Shown here: in pieces, positions 24,969 to 31,096 of the stretch
Position numbering within the stretch: position 1 is the first letter of the stretch
Layout: each line of letters begins with the position of its first letter
From: a virus
Taxonomy: Duplodnaviria > Heunggongvirae > Uroviricota > Caudoviricetes
Length of the DNA stretch: 31,096 nt
Reading direction: 5' to 3' (one strand)
Virus record (IMG/VR): IMGVR_UViG_2529293246_000004
Made by a program: the position numbers and the translations under genes
Notes under the pieces: generated by a model
Database searches by the model: none
What the model saw: the letters and a program-made list of their open reading frames with translations, nothing else
What the model was told of the DNA's origin: nothing

Positions 24969-27248
24969 TTACTCAAATTGATGCCAGAATCCCGGCCACT
25001 CATCAGCGACCGGATACGTGAATTTTTTCCCGTCATAATTTACGGTCGCGCCACGCGCCAGCGCCTCAAGCTCCCATCGCTGCGGCCTGATACCGTTCTG
25101 AGCAAGGTCAACGCGGATACGGGTGATTTGCAATCGTTCAGACCGGCTCAGTCTGGCCGATGGTGCAATTTCATGCGGTTTTAACGGGCTTCCGTTTCTT
25201 TGTTGACGATTTGGCGTTCTCAGCCCGTGTTTTAATGCGCCCCTGAGCGCCCTCACGACATCCGGGTCATTCCATTCGATAACACCGTCATCAGCCAGAT
25301 TAAGCACGGCTGCGGCGTGTTCAGAAGGCGTGGGAGCCGGTAACGAAGTATTACCGCCGGTGAGCTTTCCACAGTTATTGACAGGACTCCGAGGCGCGGC
25401 GATGCCGCTTTTTAAAGTCAAAGGCTCAACGACCGGCACTTTCGGAACAATGCGCCAGTCCGTCGTTCTGGTGATATGAATATGACGCGCGCCGAGATGC
25501 GGCGCGTAAATGCCGACCACTCTCTCGACTTCTTCCTCGTACTCGTTAACGTCATCCGACGGGCTACGGGCAACCCTGACAGTCTGGCAATCGCGCGGGA
25601 CATTTGCCCCACCCTGCGCGCTGATATACAGCGCAAAATCACCACTGTCTGCGGCGGCGCGTGCAGCCTCGACGCGCTCGTCAAACTCATCAGCAATGCT
25701 GACGCCGCGAGGCAATTTGCGTAGTTCACGGTAAGCCCCCATTGTCGGCAGGCCAACCGTTTTAAATTGCGGAATGCGCCACGTTGACGCCCATGCGGTA
25801 ACAGCCGCGGCAGTATCTTTCAGCGGTCTGCCGGTATCGTTATCGAGCTGCCCATCCAGTGCATAGCCGTCGATATTTTTTGAGATGTATTTCGCGATAT
25901 ACCCCGCAGCACCGCCCCGGTTAAGGTGTTTTTCCTGAAAACGGTTTCGCGCGGCTCCTCTTTCGTCGCCATCCTCTTTGAGCGCATAGCGACGCATGAT
26001 TTCGATAATCTGGTTACGCTGGCGTGGATGACAAAAAAGCATCATATGCCAGTGCGGCGTTCCGTCGTGGTGTGGCTCGACGACACGCAAACCGTAGACC
26101 TGTAAATCATTATCCTTGAATGCCGTGCGCATCAGGCTCCAGATACGGCAGAGATAACGCTGCGCATCCTTTGGATTAAATGCCTCATCGTTCCAGCCGT
26201 GATTAAGCTGAACGGTTTTACTTTCGCCTTTTCCGACCTGACGTGTCGGGTGATACTTTGACGGCGCGGTCAGCGTGATAAACATCCCCAAATCACCCTC
26301 TGCGGCGGCGTAACGCTCAATACCGGCAATGGTGTTCATCAGCTCCATCCGGCGAATTTCTGGATTAGAAATACTGCCCATCACCTTACTGATAAGGTCG
26401 ATGCGCTCGCCGGTTTCCCTGTTTTCAAGGTCACACGATTTAAGAAATTCCAGATTTGCCTGGCGGCGCGCACGCACATCACGAATGGCATGTTTACTGG
26501 CATAAGGAGAACGGTCTTTATTGACCTCCCCGACAGCAATCAGTAACGCCTCATGCCAGCGCATACGCTGGCCTTTAAGCTGACTAATCCACCACTCATC
26601 GTTAAACAGACGGGCAATGGCAGAATATGCCTGCCTCGTGGTCATCTGTCCTTTACTGTATTTTTTCCAGTAGAGCGGGGAAATATTGAAAGCACGTGCA
26701 GCGCCAGCAACATGACCATACAGGTGAGCCTGCGCCTCATCCGTAAACAGCGATTCTTTTTCACCATGCGCATCAACCCATGCATCGCAGAGTTCCTCAT
26801 ACATCATGAAAAGCTGCGATGAGATACGGGCGGCAAACTTTTTCAGCTCCTTGTCATTCATTCCAGGCAGGCGCGCATAGTGGTCACGCTCTGCCAGAAA
26901 CAGCAACGACGCGTCGGTGTTCATTTCATGGCGCTGATTCACGCGCTCAATGCGCGGCCATAAACGACGCTGAAAAGTGGATGTGAGGAAATAAAACCCG
27001 TGCACCGGGCTTTTATTGCGCCGGATGTAGTCATAGCGTGAAGTAAACAGCGAACGCAAAAAGTAAGGCAGGCGGTTAATCGTGGATAAAACACCTTGCA
27101 CCTGACGCATCTCGTCACGTGTAAGGGGTCTTTCGCGCCCGACGGCCTCGCGTGGCGCGTTCCATGCATAAGCACCGGTAAACGTCTTACCGGTGCCTGC
27201 GGCAAATGCTGACGGAGGGACAAAACGCCCGGAGGCTTTAACGTCCAT
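24969..27248 (-). CDS. A: Replication initiation protein A (rolling-circle nicking endonuclease)
   Basis: ORF 24969..27290 (773 aa from a TTG) trimmed to the first ATG at 27248, giving 759 aa, close to P2 gpA (761 aa). Last gene of the early operon. Confidence 0.88.
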   Translation of the reverse strand: MDVKASGRFVPPSAFAAGTGKTFTGAYAWNAPREAVGRERPLTRDEMRQVQGVLSTINRLPYFLRSLFTSRYDYIRRNKSPVHGFYFLTSTFQRRLWPRIERVNQRHEMNTDASLLFLAERDHYARLPGMNDKELKKFAARISSQLFMMYEELCDAWVDAHGEKESLFTDEAQAHLYGHVAGAARAFNISPLYWKKYSKGQMTTRQAYSAIARLFNDEWWISQLKGQRMRWHEALLIAVGEVNKDRSPYASKHAIRDVRARRQANLEFLKSCDLENRETGERIDLISKVMGSISNPEIRRMELMNTIAGIERYAAAEGDLGMFITLTAPSKYHPTRQVGKGESKTVQLNHGWNDEAFNPKDAQRYLCRIWSLMRTAFKDNDLQVYGLRVVEPHHDGTPHWHMMLFCHPRQRNQIIEIMRRYALKEDGDERGAARNRFQEKHLNRGGAAGYIAKYISKNIDGYALDGQLDNDTGRPLKDTAAAVTAWASTWRIPQFKTVGLPTMGAYRELRKLPRGVSIADEFDERVEAARAAADSGDFALYISAQGGANVPRDCQTVRVARSPSDDVNEYEEEVERVVGIYAPHLGARHIHITRTTDWRIVPKVPVVEPLTLKSGIAAPRSPVNNCGKLTGGNTSLPAPTPSEHAAAVLNLADDGVIEWNDPDVVRALRGALKHGLRTPNRQQRNGSPLKPHEIAPSARLSRSERLQITRIRVDLAQNGIRPQRWELEALARGATVNYDGKKFTYPVADEWPGFWHQFE

Positions 27249-27513
27249 GTGAGCCAAAAGCCTCTGAACAACGCTTGCTGAGTTGCTCAACCTGCGCGTT
27301 TAAATCAGCAAAAGATTTTGCGCTTCCGGTCAGAATATCGTGATGCATCAGGCCGGAAACGAGCTGGCTTAATTTCGGGTAATAACCAACCACCGCCAGC
27401 CATTCCTGACCGGCGTTTTTACCGCTTTCCGCTCTCTTTTTCTCGTGGAGAATAAACTGAAAGCTGTCACTGGTAACGACATAACGTTCGCCAATTTCAA
27501 TACGAATACTCAT
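27238..27513 (-). CDS. Hypothetical early-operon protein, 91 aa
   Basis: ATG at 27513 with GGAGA upstream. Stop overlaps the A start; start overlaps the stop of the upstream gene (ATGA). Position of the small orfs preceding A in P2. Confidence 0.6.
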   Translation of the reverse strand: MSIRIEIGERYVVTSDSFQFILHEKKRAESGKNAGQEWLAVVGYYPKLSQLVSGLMHHDILTGSAKSFADLNAQVEQLSKRCSEAFGSHGR

Positions 27514-27734
27514 GCCGTTCTCCGGTAATGTTTGTTTTTTGCTTCAAAGACTGACTGACAGGAAACACAACGCGTGGCTGACGGATAAGCCGCACGACGG
27601 GCAGCAGGTATTGGCGCGTCACACTCTTCGCAAACCAGCGCAGAAGCACCGCAATGTTTTACCCTTGCCGCGTTAATCTGACGCTCCAGTAATTCAGCCT
27701 GTTGTTCCTGAATGAAATCTACGTTGTCCGGCAT
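27510..27734 (-). CDS. TraR/DksA-family C4 zinc-finger protein, 74 aa
   Basis: C-x2-C-x17-C-x2-C (CEEC ... CVSC) is the DksA/TraR C4 finger. P2-like early operons carry such a protein. Confidence 0.7.
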   Translation of the reverse strand: MPDNVDFIQEQQAELLERQINAARVKHCGASALVCEECDAPIPAARRAAYPSATRCVSCQSVFEAKNKHYRRTA

Positions 27735-28024
27735 TACCAGTTCCTTTTGTCGTTCAGTTTCTTAAATTCATCAGCGCAATAGCTGACGATTTCTGTCGTT
27801 AATTTTGTCAGTTCATCCACGGAGGAAATTTGCTTGTGGAATACAGCGCGTTTAACAAGTAAATTGACCACATCAGACAGGAGATTTAATTTATCCGCAT
27901 AAATGGCTATAGTTGATTCCACCATATCCCCAGTGTTTTTATCGCGTTTAATATCAGCTAGCGACAAATCACCATTTTTCATGACTGAAATCTTCAGCCA
28001 GTTATTAAGCAATATATTTTTCAT
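27734..28024 (-). CDS. Hypothetical protein, 96 aa, AT-rich moron within the early operon
   Basis: ATG at 28024 overlapping the upstream stop (ATGA). Stop overlaps the next start (TAATG). Visibly lower GC than B and A on either side. Confidence 0.5.
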   Translation of the reverse strand: MKNILLNNWLKISVMKNGDLSLADIKRDKNTGDMVESTIAIYADKLNLLSDVVNLLVKRAVFHKQISSVDELTKLTTEIVSYCADEFKKLNDKRNW

Positions 28025-28266
28025 TCGCTATATGCCCTCTCCGCAGAATCAATCATTTCCCGGCCATTATCGGTAATACAGAAACCTTCTCTTGATTTGG
28101 TCACAAGCCCCCATTTCCCCATTGCTATAAATGCTTTTTCCACACGACTAGGACAGGAGCGGAAGACATCGCTTGAAGGATGTAGTGGAGTCTTGTTATC
28201 TAATTTTTTAAGTAATGAAAGTTGATAATCTGTTAAGCGTTTCCTGAACCATTTTGTATTTGTCAT
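28021..28266 (-). CDS. Hypothetical early-operon protein, 81 aa
   Basis: ORF 28021..28272 trimmed to the ATG at 28266 (81 aa). Translationally coupled to the downstream gene. Confidence 0.55.
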   Translation of the reverse strand: MTNTKWFRKRLTDYQLSLLKKLDNKTPLHPSSDVFRSCPSRVEKAFIAMGKWGLVTKSREGFCITDNGREMIDSAERAYSE

Positions 28267-28280
28267 CTCCAACTTCCCTG

Positions 28281-28493
28281 TTATTTATTGAGTCCTAGAT
28301 TATGGAATTTGGCAGACTCCTGACTGAGCAACTCGACTATCTCCACGCGGGATAACTCCGCCTTTGTGATGTGGCGAATCATGGCATCAAGATGAGACGA
28401 AAAGCGCGTTGCTGCATCGGCCTGTGCTTCGGTTCTGGCCTGTTGCAGCATTAATGCGTATTTACCGCACTGATTTTCAGAAACTGTATGCAT
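28281..28493 (-). CDS. Hypothetical early-operon protein, 70 aa
   Basis: ATG at 28493. Lies between B and the 81-aa orf. Confidence 0.55.
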   Translation of the reverse strand: MHTVSENQCGKYALMLQQARTEAQADAATRFSSHLDAMIRHITKAELSRVEIVELLSQESAKFHNLGLNK

Positions 28494-28556
28494 GACTTTC
28501 TCCAGGCAAAAAGAAGCCCCGCACGATTAAGTGCGTTAAAAACTTTGGTTAATTAC

Positions 28557-29057
28557 TTAATGCAGATATTGCTCTGGTTTTACCGACGTCAGAATTGTCG
28601 GTGCATATTCAAACAGACTGAATAATTCACGTAATGCACGGAATAAAGCATCACGCCAGTAACATGACTCTTCATTAATTCGCCAGTATGGCTGATTAAA
28701 TTCTTTTTCTGTCAGTCGTGCGTGCATAAATAAAGTACGGCGCTGACTGACAGTTAAAAAGCTAATATATGCATACTCACTTGCACCGACCTTACGGCGT
28801 TTTGAGAATGCCCCACGCAATTCATCAATTGCACAAACCAGCCGTTCACGTTCGACGTCGTTCATTTCTTCAAAACGCATCGTTGCATGACGCTGTTTTA
28901 ACTGTGCATGGAAGCAAACCGTTAGCCGTTCGCGCTCCATCATCTGATTATAATAATCACATGTCTCCTGCCAGCGAGGGACGGCAAGATGCTTACCAAT
29001 TATCCGGCGCATAGTTGCTGGTTGTTTTTCAACGAGATTGAGCGTCATCACTGTCAT
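28557..29057 (-). CDS. B: Replication protein B (helicase loader-like)
   Basis: ORF 28557..29063 trimmed to the second ATG (MTVMTLNL...), which has GGAGGG 7 nt upstream, giving 166 aa as in P2 gpB. Confidence 0.85.
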   Translation of the reverse strand: MTVMTLNLVEKQPATMRRIIGKHLAVPRWQETCDYYNQMMERERLTVCFHAQLKQRHATMRFEEMNDVERERLVCAIDELRGAFSKRRKVGASEYAYISFLTVSQRRTLFMHARLTEKEFNQPYWRINEESCYWRDALFRALRELFSLFEYAPTILTSVKPEQYLH

Positions 29058-29290
29058 TTCCATACCCTCCGGCTTTTCAGAAAGGTCAGAGCCTTTTTTA
29101 ACGGACTCTGTTTTTTGGTGCGGATAATGATTCCCTTACGCCCCTTACCGTGGGTAATGGTGAAGTCAATCGCCCTAGGGCTTTCGTTACGCAATAACTG
29201 AGCAATACAACGAGGCTCGTTCATCCTTTCCACCTTAAGCCGCACGGCCATGTCTTGATTTGCTGTAACTAATGCGATTTTTCCAGTCAT
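29054..29290 (-). CDS. Small early protein, 78 aa (orf78-like)
   Basis: ORF 29054..29314 trimmed to the ATG at 29290, giving 78 aa. Lies between cox and B as P2 orf78 does. Confidence 0.65.
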   Translation of the reverse strand: MTGKIALVTANQDMAVRLKVERMNEPRCIAQLLRNESPRAIDFTITHGKGRKGIIIRTKKQSPLKKALTFLKSRRVWK

Positions 29291-29591
29291 GCCATTCTGT
29301 CGGAGCTTCATCAACTAGTTGGGCTGCGTACTTGTCCCACTCACGGCGATTAATCCATAACTCAGCATGACCGCCCGGCTTTAATGGGTCTGTCATATAA
29401 AAGGCTGGTAACTTGCCTGCTTTCGCCATTTCAGCAACAGCACGAGGCGTCTTACCGATGTAAAGAGCAAATCCCTCTTTCGAGAGCAAATCCGACGGTG
29501 CGGCTGCAAGTTTGATGTCACATTTTTTACTTTTTGTGAGATCAGATACTTTTTCTCCAACATCGTTATTCATTTCTGATCCAATACTCAT
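29235..29591 (-). CDS. cox: Cox-like excisionase/early repressor (HTH)
   Basis: C-terminal two-thirds (...ALYIGKTPRAVAEMAKAGKLPAFYMTDP...ELWINRREWD) resembles P2 Cox as I recall it (...KLIGKSTGAVRRMIDKGKLPVIDMTDP...). First gene of the minus-strand early operon, divergent from C. Start chosen at the ATG at 29591 (GAGGA upstream). The track ORF begins at a TTG at 29621. Longer than P2 Cox, so the start is uncertain. Confidence 0.65.
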   Translation of the reverse strand: MSIGSEMNNDVGEKVSDLTKSKKCDIKLAAAPSDLLSKEGFALYIGKTPRAVAEMAKAGKLPAFYMTDPLKPGGHAELWINRREWDKYAAQLVDEAPTEWHDWKNRISYSKSRHGRAA

Positions 29592-29695
29592 TTTGATATC
29601 CTCAACTTTGGTGCCATTCAACCAGAGCTATTTGAAGCCGCTCTGCGTTGTTCTGGTGTGTCGCATACAACATAAATTACGAGATACGACAATTC
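29592..29695. promoter_or_regulatory. Lysis-lysogeny switch region (divergent Pe and Pc promoters and operators)
   Basis: About 100-bp gap between divergent cox (minus) and C (plus), the P2 switch architecture. Specific operator half-sites were not resolved by eye. Confidence 0.45.
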
Positions 29696-30007
29696 ATGTC
29701 AAATACACAAATCACATCTCAAGCAGAGAAACTCGCACTTATTCGGGAGTCAGAAAGAATGACAAGGAAGCAAGTTGCTGAATTAACTGGAATTAACTAC
29801 AACACCTATGCTGGATATGAGCAGGGAAAAGTAAAGATGTCTTTTGACGCAGGCATGAAATTTTTCAAGCCTGAAAGATTTCGCAAGTACCGTGACTGGT
29901 TCATGTTTGATGAAACTGATCCCGCTGGCGGACAAATAGCCCCGGCGCTCGCGCACATTGGGCAAGACTCAACAACCTTGCACCACTCAGACCAAAAGAC
30001 TGGCTGA
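29696..30007 (+). CDS. C: Immunity repressor C
   Basis: ORF 29648..30007 trimmed to the ATG at 29696 (MSNTQITSQAEKLALIRESERMTRKQVAELTGINYNTYAGYEQGK...), 103 aa. HTH motif. C-terminus ...GQIAPALAHIGQDSTTLHHSDQKTG resembles the P2 C repressor. Upstream of int on the same strand. Confidence 0.8.
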   Translation: MSNTQITSQAEKLALIRESERMTRKQVAELTGINYNTYAGYEQGKVKMSFDAGMKFFKPERFRKYRDWFMFDETDPAGGQIAPALAHIGQDSTTLHHSDQKTG

Positions 30008-30100
30008 CGATTTATTCAGCATATGTATGCAGTAAATGTACGAAAGAAAATTGCATTAATTTTCAAGTAGTAGAAGTAAACAGCGTCATCGGAGGGCTTT

Positions 30101-31096
30101 ATGTCTATTAAAAAGCTCGATGATGGTCGTTATGAAGTGGACGTCAGACCGCAGGGTGCAGATGGAAAACGTATCAGGCGGAAATTTAAAACTAAAGGTG
30201 AAGCTCAAGCATTCGAACGTCATGTACTGGTTAACTACCACAACAAAGAGTGGCTGGAGAAGCCAGCCGACCGCCGAACTCTTACAGAGTTGTTAGGCAG
30301 ATGGTGGATATATCATGGAAAATCACATGAGCGTGGAGATATTGAACGGGGGCGTTTGACGACAATAATCGCCAAATTTGCAGAAATGGGAGTGTCCAGA
30401 GCTGACCAGCTAACAAAGAAAACGATAACTGATTATCGCGTTGTAATGATGAACGATGGTCTAAAACCAGCCAGCGTAAATCGGCATCTGGCAATAATGA
30501 GCGGGATGTTCACCAAGTTAATTGACGCCGGTGAATACCATTCTCACAACCCGTTCCGTGAGGTTAAGCGATTACGTGAAGCTGTTACAGAAATGGCTTT
30601 TTTGTCCAGTGAAGAGATTACACGGCTGTTATCCATGCTCGATGGTGATGAATTAAATGCGACTCTGGTCTGCCTTTCTACTGGTGGACGCTGGAGTGAA
30701 GTGTCTAATTTAAAAGCTGAACACATCATTAACCAGATGGTTACGTTTATGAAAACTAAAAACGGAAAGCGCAGGACAATTCCCGTTTCGCAGGACCTGA
30801 TTAAACGGATCAAGACCAAAAATTCAGGCAGGCTTTTTAATGCCAGTTACTACAAAGTGCGCAACGCTCTCAGGGAAGTAAAACCCGATTTACCTGACGG
30901 ACAGGCAGTGCATGTTTTGAGGCATACATTTGCCACACATTTTATAATGAATGGAGGTAACATAATCACATTGCAGCGCATCCTGGGTCATTCTAACATT
31001 CAGCAAACTATGACCTACGCACACTTTGCACCGGATTTCTTACAAGATGCAGTGACTCTTAACCCGGTGTCAGGAATGTCCATAATGCGTCCATAA
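30101..31096 (+). CDS. int: Tyrosine integrase (P2-type)
   Basis: 331 aa with GGAGGG RBS. Tyrosine-recombinase boxes: VLRHTFATH and GHSNIQQTMTYAH with the catalytic Tyr. Stop codon is at the window edge, so attL is expected just beyond it. Confidence 0.9.
   Translation: MSIKKLDDGRYEVDVRPQGADGKRIRRKFKTKGEAQAFERHVLVNYHNKEWLEKPADRRTLTELLGRWWIYHGKSHERGDIERGRLTTIIAKFAEMGVSRADQLTKKTITDYRVVMMNDGLKPASVNRHLAIMSGMFTKLIDAGEYHSHNPFREVKRLREAVTEMAFLSSEEITRLLSMLDGDELNATLVCLSTGGRWSEVSNLKAEHIINQMVTFMKTKNGKRRTIPVSQDLIKRIKTKNSGRLFNASYYKVRNALREVKPDLPDGQAVHVLRHTFATHFIMNGGNIITLQRILGHSNIQQTMTYAHFAPDFLQDAVTLNPVSGMSIMRP

Overview
The window reads as an essentially complete P2-like (Peduovirus-type) prophage of an enterobacterial host, in reverse orientation to the usual P2 map and linearised between ogr (left edge) and int (right edge). 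Gene order is ogr-D-U-T-E/E'-FII-FI-[cargo]-G-H-I-J-W-V-S-R-lysC/lysB-lysA-K-Y-X-L-M-N-O (all minus strand), then P-Q (plus), the cos site, a second cargo locus, and the early region A-small orfs-B-orf78-cox (minus) and C-int (plus). The 19-nt cos sequence lies internally at about 22423..22441, which indicates integrated or circular-form DNA rather than virion ends; no att core, tRNA, or CRISPR array was seen. Identifications rest on gene order, protein lengths, recognisable motifs and my recollection of P2 proteins, not on any database search. Two AT-rich accessory islands sit at the two known variable positions of P2-like genomes: a 269-aa protein with an N-terminal HNH-like zinc-finger motif at the Z/fun position (6863..7672), and three uncharacterised genes at the tin/old position (22680..23621 plus strand; 24841..24650 and 24622..23942 minus strand). 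These are the best candidates for an undescribed anti-phage or exclusion system. Motif coordinates that I read by hand carry about +/-2 nt uncertainty; CDS coordinates derive from the supplied ORF track.
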